59,868 nt of DNA from Microbacteriaceae bacterium (GCA_044237445.1 JBIIFF010000001.1:1-59868); one strand, 5' to 3'. Counted from the first letter of the stretch, positions 9,628-19,080 are shown. The notes: a model not told the origin generated them from the sequence alone. Numbers and translations are program-made.

Positions 9628-10548
9628 ATGAATTCTAAGACTTCCCGCGACGAAGACGCGGTTCTCGACGCTCTTGAAGCCGAGGCGATTTGGATGATTC
9701 GTGAGGCCGCGAGCGCCTTCCAGAAGCCCGTCATTCTGTATTCGATTGGCAAGGATTCGACCGTCTTGCTGCGTCTTGCCGTAAAGGCCTTCGCTCCTGC
9801 GCCGGTGCCTTTCCCCGTTCTCCACATTGACACAACGTGGAAGTTCAAAGAGATGATCAAATTCCGTGACGACACAGCTCGCGAGAACAACCTGGACCTG
9901 GTGGTTCACACCAACCCCGACGGACGCAACAATAAAATCACCCCGTGGACTCACGGAGCGGACGAATACACCCGTCTGATGAAAACGGTTGCACTGAGAG
10001 CGGCTCTTGACGCGGGCGAGTATGACGTCGCCCTCGGCGGAGCTCGTCGTGACGAAGAACGGTCGCGAGCCAAAGAGCGAATGTTCAGTCTTCGCGAACC
10101 AGGACACGCGTGGGACCCGTCGAGCCAGCGGCCCGAGTTTTGGCACACCGTCAACTCCACCCTGAAAAAAGACCAGACGATGCGGGCGTTCCCCATCTCG
10201 AACTGGACCGAACTGGACGTCTGGAAATACATCCGCCGCGAGAAACTCGACGTGGTTGACCTGTATTTCTCGAAAGAACGGCCAACCGTCGAACGAAACG
10301 GTCAGCTCATCATGATTGATGACGACCGCTTTCCGCTCGAACCCGGTGAAGAAGTCGTGAACCGCCGAATTCGTTTCCGCACGCTCGGGTGCTATCCGTT
10401 GACCGCAGCCGACGAGGGCGAAGCCGCCTCGGTCGACGCGATCATCGACGAACTGGCGAGGTCGACCACCTCCGAACGTTCGGGTCGCCTCATTGACGGT
10501 AAAGGCGCATCCTCGATGGAGCGGAAAAAGCACGAGGGGTATTTCTAA
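9628..10548 (+). CDS. cysD: Sulfate adenylyltransferase subunit 2
   Basis: LYSIGKDS PP-loop, LHIDTTWKF, GGARRDEERSRAKER, RFRTLGCYPLT, SMERKK.EGYF end; ATG 7 nt after a TAGGCT -10 element. Confidence 0.95.
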   Translation: MNSKTSRDEDAVLDALEAEAIWMIREAASAFQKPVILYSIGKDSTVLLRLAVKAFAPAPVPFPVLHIDTTWKFKEMIKFRDDTARENNLDLVVHTNPDGRNNKITPWTHGADEYTRLMKTVALRAALDAGEYDVALGGARRDEERSRAKERMFSLREPGHAWDPSSQRPEFWHTVNSTLKKDQTMRAFPISNWTELDVWKYIRREKLDVVDLYFSKERPTVERNGQLIMIDDDRFPLEPGEEVVNRRIRFRTLGCYPLTAADEGEAASVDAIIDELARSTTSERSGRLIDGKGASSMERKKHEGYF

Positions 10549-12365
10549 TGTCGAACGCACTTCTCCGAATTGTTGTCTGCGGCGCCGTCGACGACGGCAA
10601 GTCGACCGTTCTCGGGCGTCTGCTGGTCGAGACGAACTCGATCCCGCTCGACGAAATTGACGACAGCCGCCTTATGGCCAATGGCGAGGTCGATTACAGC
10701 CAACTGACCGACGGCCTCGAGTCCGAGCGCGAACAGGGCATCACCATCGACGTGGCCCACCGTCACGTGTACCTGCCGTCCGGGCGACGCGCAATCCTGG
10801 CCGATTCGCCCGGTCACGAGCAGTACACCCGCAACATGGCGGTCGCCGCGAGCGAAGCGGACCTTGGTCTGTTGCTTGTTGACGCGGGAAAAGGCGTTCG
10901 TGATCAGTCTGTCCGTCACGCCGCGATCAACTCGCTCATGGGCGTCAAGCACATCGTCGTTGCCGTCAACAAAATGGATGTCGTTGGGTACGACAAATCC
11001 GTATTCGACGGAATCGTAGAGGAACTTTCGCGGCGGTTCGAACCGTTCGGCTTCGAGGACATCCAGTTCATCCCCGTGTCCGGAATGGTCGGCGACAACG
11101 TCACCGTTCCGTCCACCGATATGCCGTGGGCCAACGCGGTGACCATTCTGTCGGTGCTCGACCAGCCTCGCACCTTTGACCGCTCGGGCGGTGACGGAAG
11201 CCTCCGCCTCCCCGTTCAGTTCGTATCCAAAGCAGGCGATGTCCGCTGGTACGCGGGAACCATTGCGCGCGGTTCTGTCACCGTCGGCGACACCATTCGC
11301 GTGTGGCCCGCGCTCACCGAGGCCGTCGTCACGGGAATCTATTCACCCAACGAAACGACCTCGGCGATCGACGAGCAAGCCGTCCACATCACACTCGACC
11401 GCGAGGTCGACATCGCCCGAGGAGACATCATTGTTGGCGCAACCGGCGAAATTCCGTCGTCACGTGCTCACCTCGCCGATCTCGTGTGGATTGACAGCAA
11501 ACCCCTGGACACGCACGCGTCGTACATTTTGCGGTCGGGACCCATTGAAATCCCGGCCCGTGTCGAAACCGTTCGCTACGTCCGCGATATCACGACCGGT
11601 GAGCAGGCCCGCGGTCGAGCACTAAACATGAACGATATTGGCCGGGTCGAAATCATTGCTGACCGTCCAATTCTTCTCGACCCGTACGCCGAGTCAACGC
11701 ACACCGGCAGTTTCATCCTGGTCGACCGCCTCACGGCGATGACCGTCGCCGCCGGAATGTCCAAACACCCGCTGGTTCGCGAGTCAGACGTGGTCAAACA
11801 CGATTTCGCCGTCGATCGCGCCGAACGCGAAAAGCTCAACGGACTGCGCTCCTGCGTTTTCTGGCTGACCGGACTGCCGGGCTCGGGGAAGAGCACGGTC
11901 GCGGACGAACTCGAAAAGTCGCTCATGACACTCGGTCTTCGGTCCTTCACCCTCGACGGTGACACCGTGCGGTCAACCCTGTCCGAGGACCTCGGATTCT
12001 CGCCCGAAGACCGCAAAGAGAACGTGCGCCGGGTTGCCCGCGTCGCACAACTCATGATGGAAGCGGGACTCGTCGTGATCGTCTCTCTCGTCTCGCCGTT
12101 CCGCGACGACCGCGAGATGGCGAAAGAACGATTTGCTGACGGCGATTTCTTTGAGGTGTTCGTCGACACCCCGCTCGAGGTCTGCATGCAACGCGACCCC
12201 AAGGGTCTCTATGCGAAGAGTCAAGCCGACAAATCGATGCAGATGACCGGTGTCGGACAGGGTTACGAAGCGCCGCTCGCCGCCGACGTGACGCTCGACG
12301 GTACGCAGCCGGTTGAGGATTCCGTCCAGAAACTTCTGGGTCTCATTCTCAGTCGTCGAATTTAG
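10548..12365 (+). CDS. cysNC: Bifunctional sulfate adenylyltransferase subunit 1 / adenylyl-sulfate (APS) kinase (CysNC/NodQ type)
   Basis: GTPase motifs GAVDDGKST, EREQGITID, DSPGH, NKMD; C-terminal APS kinase WLTGLPGSGKST, LDGD, RDPKGLY; TAATG coupling to cysD. Confidence 0.93.
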   Translation: MSNALLRIVVCGAVDDGKSTVLGRLLVETNSIPLDEIDDSRLMANGEVDYSQLTDGLESEREQGITIDVAHRHVYLPSGRRAILADSPGHEQYTRNMAVAASEADLGLLLVDAGKGVRDQSVRHAAINSLMGVKHIVVAVNKMDVVGYDKSVFDGIVEELSRRFEPFGFEDIQFIPVSGMVGDNVTVPSTDMPWANAVTILSVLDQPRTFDRSGGDGSLRLPVQFVSKAGDVRWYAGTIARGSVTVGDTIRVWPALTEAVVTGIYSPNETTSAIDEQAVHITLDREVDIARGDIIVGATGEIPSSRAHLADLVWIDSKPLDTHASYILRSGPIEIPARVETVRYVRDITTGEQARGRALNMNDIGRVEIIADRPILLDPYAESTHTGSFILVDRLTAMTVAAGMSKHPLVRESDVVKHDFAVDRAEREKLNGLRSCVFWLTGLPGSGKSTVADELEKSLMTLGLRSFTLDGDTVRSTLSEDLGFSPEDRKENVRRVARVAQLMMEAGLVVIVSLVSPFRDDREMAKERFADGDFFEVFVDTPLEVCMQRDPKGLYAKSQADKSMQMTGVGQGYEAPLAADVTLDGTQPVEDSVQKLLGLILSRRI

Positions 12366-12369
12366 CGCA

Positions 12370-13284
12370 ATGCCCGAACTTCTGTTCTTAACTCGCAAGT
12401 TCGCTGGCGAACTTTCCGTGCGTGTCACCCTCGGGATGATTGGGATGTTCTCTGTTCTGTACCTGCTTGGCCTCGTCCTCGCGGACTCCGTTCCCGAGTG
12501 GATCAAATCCTTCGACTGGTTGTTTGCGTTTTCGCGGGCACTCCGCGCCCTTCCGCCCTGGGACTTTGCCCTCATCGCACTAGCCATCGTCGTGCTTACG
12601 GGTTATTTTCAGAGGATCTTCAAGTTTGTTCTTCGCCGGCGAAACACGCTCAACCTGAAAAAGCTGTCGCTCGTTGAGCTCCAAACCGAAGAAACACCCA
12701 TGTCCAATGCTCAACGGCGTCTGCAAATGCTCGCTCGCGCCCGGGTCATCGGTCGCCTCATGTTGTTTGCGACCGCAATCGGCAACCTGATGGGTCTGAT
12801 CCTCGCGCTAGCGGTATTCGGCTATTTCCCGTCGGCCGGAATTATCCTGTTCATCCTTCTGACGATGTTGTTCTATATCCCTATCGCGGTCAACAGATGG
12901 TTCGCGGTGTTTGATCGAAATGAACTAGCGCATCAGCAACTGGCAGACGATCTGCTCGAAGGCGGACGCGACCCGGGCGAAACCGAAATCCACGTGCACA
13001 CCGAACGGATGCTGATTCGGGCAAAACTGCCGATAACTCGCTTCATCATTATTTGGCCGATGTTGAGCATCGTGTTCCCGCTCGCAATTTTTGCCGCCGC
13101 CATCGAGTCGTGGATGTACGCGGCCAGCGGGGTCGATTCGGCACTCAACAAGCTTTTACTCGTTCTGATGGCCAGTTCGATACGGTCTATCTTCCAAGCC
13201 GTCAACATTCTTGAGACACTCGCGAACCTGACTGCTCGAGTAATACGCCCCGATGCTCTCGACCGTGACGAAGAAGAACTCTAA
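12370..13284 (+). CDS. Hypothetical multi-pass membrane protein
   Basis: ATG 4 nt after the cysNC stop; about 6 hydrophobic segments; no family recognised. Confidence 0.6.
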   Translation: MPELLFLTRKFAGELSVRVTLGMIGMFSVLYLLGLVLADSVPEWIKSFDWLFAFSRALRALPPWDFALIALAIVVLTGYFQRIFKFVLRRRNTLNLKKLSLVELQTEETPMSNAQRRLQMLARARVIGRLMLFATAIGNLMGLILALAVFGYFPSAGIILFILLTMLFYIPIAVNRWFAVFDRNELAHQQLADDLLEGGRDPGETEIHVHTERMLIRAKLPITRFIIIWPMLSIVFPLAIFAAAIESWMYAASGVDSALNKLLLVLMASSIRSIFQAVNILETLANLTARVIRPDALDRDEEEL

Positions 13285-14621
13285 CGAGACGCTGCCGCGA
13301 TGATTCGTGCGTGAAAATCGCTCCAATCTTTCGGGATTTCCTTCGGCACGGGGAATGCCTTCAACGGCGGTAACTGTGCGATCTGCACAATGTGCGAGGC
13401 CCATTCGGCCGGGTCGTTGGGGGGCGCGATGTGAACCCGGTCAGACCCAAAGAGATCGCCCAATTCCGTCAACGCGCTCGAGTCCGCGGCAACAACCCGC
13501 TTTCCACGGCTGAGCGATTCGATCACGGGCAGTCCAAATCCCTCGGCCACCGACGGCACGGCGACAACCGTTGCCGCGTCATACATCGCGACCAGCTCGG
13601 CGTCGGTGACAATGCCGTGAGTGGTGATTCGCGCGCGCTGTTCGGTGGTGCAGGACTCGAGTGCCTCCCGGAGCGCGGTGTCCGTCAGTGTGGAATAGCC
13701 CGCGAGAATTCCCAGTCGCACGTCGACCCCGTCACTAATGAGCGACTTGACCGCTCGAACGACAACCTGAAAGTTCTTTCGCTGATCGAGTTGCCCCACC
13801 AACAACACCTTGATGGCGGCATTTCCGAACAGCCTGTCGGAGATCGCCGAATCCGGGCGGACATCCGGCGTCATGCGAGGCCACGGCAAATGAACGACAG
13901 ACTGTTTCTGCTTGTCCCGCGTGCTCGTCACCACGAGTTTGCAGAAATCGCGATATTGCCCGAGCGTGAAATTCGAGTTCGCCGCAATAGCACTCGCCTG
14001 AGTCACCGCGTCAAGATAGGTGAGGTGAAGTTTCCGAGCGCGATGGTGGTGCTCGCGGTCAAAAAGGTGTCGATGCGACAACGGAAACAAGTCGTGGACA
14101 AAAACCAATGACTTAACGCCCGGGCGGCGAAACAGGTCTTCCATCGCGATTGCATGGGACGCTCGGGGAGCAGGTAGGTCCAGAATCAGGTATGTTTGCC
14201 CGTCGCGAGGCACCCATTCCGGTTGGTCGCGCAGGTTGTAATTCTCAATCACCGTCTGGGCCTGTAGGTGCCGCGTTCGGGCCTTTTTCAACCAGTCATA
14301 AATCGGCCCGGCAAAGGGGACTTCGCGAAAAATCTGGCGCAATTTCGGCCTTTTCGCCTCTTCGATCACCGCGCCGGTTGTCTTTTCGGCGAATTCGCGG
14401 ACCCGTGCCACGATCCCGCTTCGGGGGCGCTCAACTAGCGCCCCGAGTTCCGGTATCGAACGCCAGATGCGCGCCTTCTCGTCATAACGAATCAATTCGA
14501 CACTGTCGCGGTTCACCGCGAGATACTCGCGAAGAACACGTTGGACGCCGGTGGTGAAGTTCAATTCGGACACCGCGGTCACATCGAGTGCGATCGGGCG
14601 GGTGTCTGTGCGCGACGTCAT
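13281..14621 (-). CDS. Glycosyltransferase family 4 (GT-B, retaining)
   Basis: LDVT...TGVQRV, VFVHDLFP, RKNF, EGFGLPVIES (ExFG-x4-E); ATGA-coupled to the upstream sulfotransferase-like gene. Confidence 0.88.
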   Translation of the reverse strand: MTSRTDTRPIALDVTAVSELNFTTGVQRVLREYLAVNRDSVELIRYDEKARIWRSIPELGALVERPRSGIVARVREFAEKTTGAVIEEAKRPKLRQIFREVPFAGPIYDWLKKARTRHLQAQTVIENYNLRDQPEWVPRDGQTYLILDLPAPRASHAIAMEDLFRRPGVKSLVFVHDLFPLSHRHLFDREHHHRARKLHLTYLDAVTQASAIAANSNFTLGQYRDFCKLVVTSTRDKQKQSVVHLPWPRMTPDVRPDSAISDRLFGNAAIKVLLVGQLDQRKNFQVVVRAVKSLISDGVDVRLGILAGYSTLTDTALREALESCTTEQRARITTHGIVTDAELVAMYDAATVVAVPSVAEGFGLPVIESLSRGKRVVAADSSALTELGDLFGSDRVHIAPPNDPAEWASHIVQIAQLPPLKAFPVPKEIPKDWSDFHARIIAAASR

Positions 14622-15628
14622 CTGTTCAACGCCCTCTCAAACCACGCCATCCACTCTGGTTTGTGGGCGAGCGGCCCTAGCTTCGCCCGAAACGTTTCAT
14701 TGGAAGTCCGGTAGGCCTCCACCACCTTGGCGCGCTCGGACAGCGGCAGCTTCCACGCGGTGAAGCTCTCGACATTGCGGCGCGACTCGGCGTGGCAATA
14801 CCCGACGAACCGATCGAAAACGTACTTTGCCAGACGGGACCCGGCGGGGAACCAGCCGATTACCCTGTCCAGTTTTTTTGCAACAACCAGAAGGTGCATC
14901 CCCACCGTTGAAAACGTTGGATGAATGCGCGCATTCCCAGCATTCCCCTGATCCTGGGGATAAGCACCGAGTCCCAGTTGGTCAAAAATACACTGGTTCA
15001 AGTTCTCTGACTGCGCCAAACTGCTTCGGTACGGAACGAAATGAAGAGTGTACGGAGCGTTCGCAAACGACCAGCGGTCCCACAAATAATCGTAGGCGTA
15101 GGCGTTTCGCTCGCGGTGGTAGCGGAGGAACGACGAGATTCGCAGAGAGGTGACCTTTTTCCGATTCCACATTCGCAGTTGCTGACCGAGTAACGAGGGA
15201 ATCGCTCCCGTTTGTTCGCGAGCAACGAGGACGATATCTACCCGATCAAACAACTCGGCCAAGCGTGCGCCGAGTGTTGACGGTTCCGCGAGCTGGTCGC
15301 CAATTTCACACACCATAATCACCGTCACGTTGCCACCGCGTCGACGGGCCTCCGCCGCGATATCGACCAGTTTGGCGTCAACAAGCGTGGCCGTATTTGG
15401 CGTGTTGCGTCGCGGTTCGGGATTGGTGGGCGAAATCAACGGTGCAATTTCGACCAGGTCATGATGTTTGACGATTTCCCCGTTCGCGGGGAACCATAAT
15501 TCGTGTGTTGGGTAGATGACGTCCGGCGCGAGATTTCCTTCGTTGACCGCTCGCCACAGGCCTGCCGCAAAGGCGGACGTTCCCGTTTTCATCGGCCCAA
15601 CGTGAACCACGATGCGTGTCGAACCCAC
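14618..15628 (-). CDS. Putative PAPS-dependent sulfotransferase (paralog 1)
   Basis: 5'-PSB loop VHVGPMKTGTS and 3'-PB R-x7-S (REQTGAIPS); GTG 2 nt after the paralog 2 stop. Confidence 0.65.
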   Translation of the reverse strand: MGSTRIVVHVGPMKTGTSAFAAGLWRAVNEGNLAPDVIYPTHELWFPANGEIVKHHDLVEIAPLISPTNPEPRRNTPNTATLVDAKLVDIAAEARRRGGNVTVIMVCEIGDQLAEPSTLGARLAELFDRVDIVLVAREQTGAIPSLLGQQLRMWNRKKVTSLRISSFLRYHRERNAYAYDYLWDRWSFANAPYTLHFVPYRSSLAQSENLNQCIFDQLGLGAYPQDQGNAGNARIHPTFSTVGMHLLVVAKKLDRVIGWFPAGSRLAKYVFDRFVGYCHAESRRNVESFTAWKLPLSERAKVVEAYRTSNETFRAKLGPLAHKPEWMAWFERALNR

Positions 15629-15630
15629 GA

Positions 15631-16647
15631 TTACACGCCCTCCGCGGCAAACCACTTGCGCCAGTCCGGTGAATCAATTTGTGGGCCGAGCGTCTTTCGG
15701 ACGGCAGCATACGACGGTGCGTACAGTGAGCGAATCGCGTTCTCTTCGGCGGGAGACAATTGCCACTCGCCGTGACCGACGTTGCGTTCTACAAATCCGC
15801 GCACGACCGTTTTTTCCCTGTCCGCCCCGAGAACGGCCGAAAAAAGTCGCTTGATGATTGCCGCCGCCGGGGGAAACGCGCGCGCGGCGCGACCGAGATT
15901 CTTTAGGGTGATGAGGCGCTTGAGCGAGGCGAGGGGGAGGCTCGGGTGAAGCCGTCGGCTTCCAAAGTCGTCCTCGAGTCGAGGGGCCGGAACCCCGGCA
16001 ACCACCGCGTAAAATCGATCGACGCTGGAGTAGCCGTCGAGATCGTCTTCGAAATAGGGGATGAGAACGAGTTCGACGTCGCTAAACGCTGACCACCGTT
16101 TAAACATCTTCACGTAACGTTCACCCGGTAAATCTGTCCGTGCGTTCATCATCGCGACAACATCAAAGTCTGGTTGGTTGATGCGCCAGTCTTTGATTCG
16201 GTGGACCAGCATCGATTTCTCTGCGGAAACAGGCGACCGGACAGCGAACACGACTCGAATTCTGCCAAAATACTTGCGCAACATCGTGACCAAAACGCTG
16301 GCGTTTGTTCGGCTCGAAATTGTCTCGCTCACGAACACCACGGTGGACCCGGGCCCTCTCTGGGCGGCTGCGGCGGCGGCGCGAGCCACGCGCTCTTCGA
16401 CAGCGGCGGGCGATTGAATCGCGGTCTTTCGAAACCGGGGTTGGTCTGAATCCCCGGCGAAAAAATCGAACAAGGCGTTGTGCTTCACTATTCGCCCCGC
16501 CGGCGGAAACCACAGGTCCCCCGTCGGGTACACAATCGATGGCGGAAGAATCCCCAGTTCGGTGGCGACGGAAAAGTAGTATCCGAGAGCCGTGGTCCCC
16601 GTTTTCATCGGACCAATATGGATGACGACGTCGGGCTTTCCTGTCAC
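15631..16647 (-). CDS. Putative PAPS-dependent sulfotransferase (paralog 2)
   Basis: IHIGPMKTGTT and R-x7-S (RSPVSAEKS); GGAGGG SD before the GTG. Confidence 0.65.
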   Translation of the reverse strand: MTGKPDVVIHIGPMKTGTTALGYYFSVATELGILPPSIVYPTGDLWFPPAGRIVKHNALFDFFAGDSDQPRFRKTAIQSPAAVEERVARAAAAAAQRGPGSTVVFVSETISSRTNASVLVTMLRKYFGRIRVVFAVRSPVSAEKSMLVHRIKDWRINQPDFDVVAMMNARTDLPGERYVKMFKRWSAFSDVELVLIPYFEDDLDGYSSVDRFYAVVAGVPAPRLEDDFGSRRLHPSLPLASLKRLITLKNLGRAARAFPPAAAIIKRLFSAVLGADREKTVVRGFVERNVGHGEWQLSPAEENAIRSLYAPSYAAVRKTLGPQIDSPDWRKWFAAEGV

Positions 16648-16680
16648 GACGCCCTCCAAATCTTTGCTCCGAAAACACTG

Positions 16681-16772
16681 TGGCGGAGACGGTGGGATTT
16701 GAACCCACGATTCCCTAGAGGGAACTCCACCTTAGCAGGGTGGTGCACTCGGCCGAACTATGCGACGTCTCC
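16681..16772 (-). tRNA. tRNA-Ser(GCT)
   Basis: Reverse complement GGAGACG...CCACC-CT-GCT-AA-GGTGG, long variable arm, GGTTCAAATCC, ends CGTCTCCGCCA. Confidence 0.96.
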
Positions 16773-16795
16773 AATGGTTCTATGTTACCGAAATA

Positions 16796-17719
16796 TCACC
16801 GGCGCGGTGGATCGAGCTCCGAGAACCACCGTTTCCAGTCACTCTGACGCGCGGCAGAACCCAGAAATCCCTTGAATCGGGCGTTCGACTCGCGATACAA
16901 CTCGATAATCTCACGCCGTTCGGGCGAGGTCAGCGTCCATCGCGAACTCGGAGACTCCTGACGAATTCTCTTTCGTACCGCGTAAAAAACCATCGCCGCG
17001 AGTCGACGTACCCCCACGATTCTGCGTATCCCCGCCATCGTACGTTTGAGTTGTGCGAGTCGTCGCAGCTGGTCTTTTCCCAACGACGCGTTTTTCTTGT
17101 GGTTCGTTGTCGCGTCGGGAATCGGGATGCGAAGTCGGGTCGAAAAACGTTTCATCAAACCGTCTGTTGCGTAATCATCTTCGAAGTACGGGAGTGCAAC
17201 AAGGTTGTGGCCTTCTCGGGACCACTTTTCGAACATCACGTCGTAGTGAAAGCGTCGATTCGCTTCGCGCACGAGCGCGTCGAGACTGAGGTCGACATGC
17301 TCTGGTGACATCCAGGATTGAACGCGGTGTGCCACGATGCTCGGCAGAGCCGCGGTCTGGTGCCGTGCGAAGAAAACAACATCGACTGAATCGGCGAGAT
17401 CGGCGAGGCGCTTGGTGATGTAATCGCTGTATCGAGCAGCCCGCAGCACCTCGGCGATGAAGACGATGGTGACGTTGGGAACATCGCGAGTGCGCGCATC
17501 GGCAACGATTGCCTCAATCCGACGCTCAATCGCCGCCCCGCGCCGGGTGCCGAGCAGTTTGAGTTCGGGGTGCTTGACCACGTCGGCTCGAGGCTGTGGC
17601 CACCAGTCTCCCCTCGGAATAATCAGGGAATCTGGTAGCGGTGCGGACAGTAACCGAGACGCTAACGCCTCGGTCCCCGTCTTCATGGGGCCGATGTGGA
17701 GGACGATTCGTACGCCGAT
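16796..17719 (-). CDS. Putative PAPS-dependent sulfotransferase (paralog 3); probable non-canonical ATC start
   Basis: The frame extends upstream of the annotated ATG (17686) as IGVRIVLHIGPMKTGT; R-x7-S (RHQTAALPS); AGGAG + 6 nt + ATC at 17719. Confidence 0.6.
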   Translation of the reverse strand: MGVRIVLHIGPMKTGTEALASRLLSAPLPDSLIIPRGDWWPQPRADVVKHPELKLLGTRRGAAIERRIEAIVADARTRDVPNVTIVFIAEVLRAARYSDYITKRLADLADSVDVVFFARHQTAALPSIVAHRVQSWMSPEHVDLSLDALVREANRRFHYDVMFEKWSREGHNLVALPYFEDDYATDGLMKRFSTRLRIPIPDATTNHKKNASLGKDQLRRLAQLKRTMAGIRRIVGVRRLAAMVFYAVRKRIRQESPSSRWTLTSPERREIIELYRESNARFKGFLGSAARQSDWKRWFSELDPPRR

Positions 17720-17728
17720 GGCGGTCTC

Positions 17729-18943
17729 CTAATAGGCGTACGAGACCGAACAGGTTTCCTGCGCGGCGGATTGTCCCTGAAGGCCGCTCAGGATCTTGCC
17801 GGAGCCCGTGGGCTTGGCGTTACCCTTGACTTCCGAGCCGACTCCGGTCGCGTCTTTCGCCAGTTTGAATGGCTTGTCCTTGCGGATGGTAGTGAACAGC
17901 AGGTCGGCGAGGTCGGTCAGCGGAGCGACTTTGCCCGCGTAGATTCCGCCTACGCCCGTTCGACCGGGGTATTGGATAAACATGATGTTTTCGCGCGGGA
18001 TGTCCTTCAGGACCAAAGCCATGGCCGCCATCGTGTCGAGACTGGAGAGTGAATTAGACAGTGTCATCGAGCTGGCCGCAACAGACGCGAGCCCGTAGAC
18101 CTTGGCAGGATCGAAAAGGACTCCTTCGTCCTGAATTTTTCGAACGAGGGACGAGAGGTAGACCTGTTGCGAGGAAATGCGCCCCAGGTCGGAACCGTCG
18201 CCGACCCCGTGACGCGAACGGAGAAAAGCCAACGCCTCCCAGCCCTTGATGTTGTAGGTCCCCTTCTTGGGGAAATACAGGCCGGTGTAGGGGTCATCGA
18301 CTTTGTCATTCACACAGACATCGACCCCGCCGATTGCGCTCGCCAGCGACGCGACCCCGCGGAACGTGACCAGTGCGGCGTACTTGATTTTCAATCCCGA
18401 CAGTGCTTCGGCCGTGAGAACGGCACAGGCAAGGCCACCGTAGGACAGGGCAACGTTGATGGGTTGGCCCGACATTCCCGAGTTGTACCCGGAGCCGTCC
18501 TCGCGGGGGCAGGAGGGAATCGGGACCACGAGGTCGCGCGGGATCGACACGGCGGTCGCGCGGGTGTGGTCTTCGGAAACGTGCACGATGATGTTGACGT
18601 CGTTGAGCGTGGCGCTGACTGACGAGCCACCGAATTTTTCACGCTCACCTTTTCGGGTGTCCGACCCGACAATCAGAACGTTGAACGCACCTTTCATCGC
18701 ACCGATTCCCGAGAGCTTGATTTCTTCCTCGGTACCGGTTTCACCGGCCAACGCCACCGAATCAATGGTCGATGTGATTTTCCATACCACGATTCCAGCG
18801 ATGGCGGCGGTGGACACCATGACGACAGCGAGTGAGAGGCCGATGACCTGCATGATCGTGGCCCACGGTCGACGGCGCCGTGCCAACACCGAGTGACGTG
18901 GGGTTGGTTCGGCGGGTTTTGATGTCGTCGTCTTCTTCGTCAC
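17729..18943 (-). CDS. LCP (LytR-CpsA-Psr) family cell-wall glycopolymer ligase
   Basis: N-terminal TM helix; NVLIVGSDTR, VSIPRDL, IGGVDVC, ALAFLRSRH..DGSDLGRISSQQ; AAGGAG SD before GTG 18943. Confidence 0.9.
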   Translation of the reverse strand: MTKKTTTSKPAEPTPRHSVLARRRRPWATIMQVIGLSLAVVMVSTAAIAGIVVWKITSTIDSVALAGETGTEEEIKLSGIGAMKGAFNVLIVGSDTRKGEREKFGGSSVSATLNDVNIIVHVSEDHTRATAVSIPRDLVVPIPSCPREDGSGYNSGMSGQPINVALSYGGLACAVLTAEALSGLKIKYAALVTFRGVASLASAIGGVDVCVNDKVDDPYTGLYFPKKGTYNIKGWEALAFLRSRHGVGDGSDLGRISSQQVYLSSLVRKIQDEGVLFDPAKVYGLASVAASSMTLSNSLSSLDTMAAMALVLKDIPRENIMFIQYPGRTGVGGIYAGKVAPLTDLADLLFTTIRKDKPFKLAKDATGVGSEVKGNAKPTGSGKILSGLQGQSAAQETCSVSYAY

Positions 18944-18964
18944 GGTTCTCCTTGGTGTCCTGTG

Positions 18965-19049
18965 CGGAGGGCGTGGGATTCGAACCCACGAGACATTGCT
19001 GCCCACTGGTTTTCAAGACCAGCTCCATCGGCCTCTCGGACAGCCCTCC
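18965..19049 (-). tRNA. tRNA-Ser(TGA)
   Basis: Reverse complement GGAGGGC...CTGGT-CT-TGA-AA-ACCAG, variable arm, GGTTCGAATCC...GCCCTCCG. Confidence 0.96.
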
Positions 19050-19080
19050 TCAATAAGTCTAACCGAGGCGGGCCGATGCG

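Noticed and set aside
14618-17719. KTGT motif read as a P-type ATPase or Walker A motif
   Set aside because: The context is HxGxxKTGT at the extreme N-terminus plus R-x7-S, which fits sulfotransferases, not DKTGT or GxxxxGK[ST].
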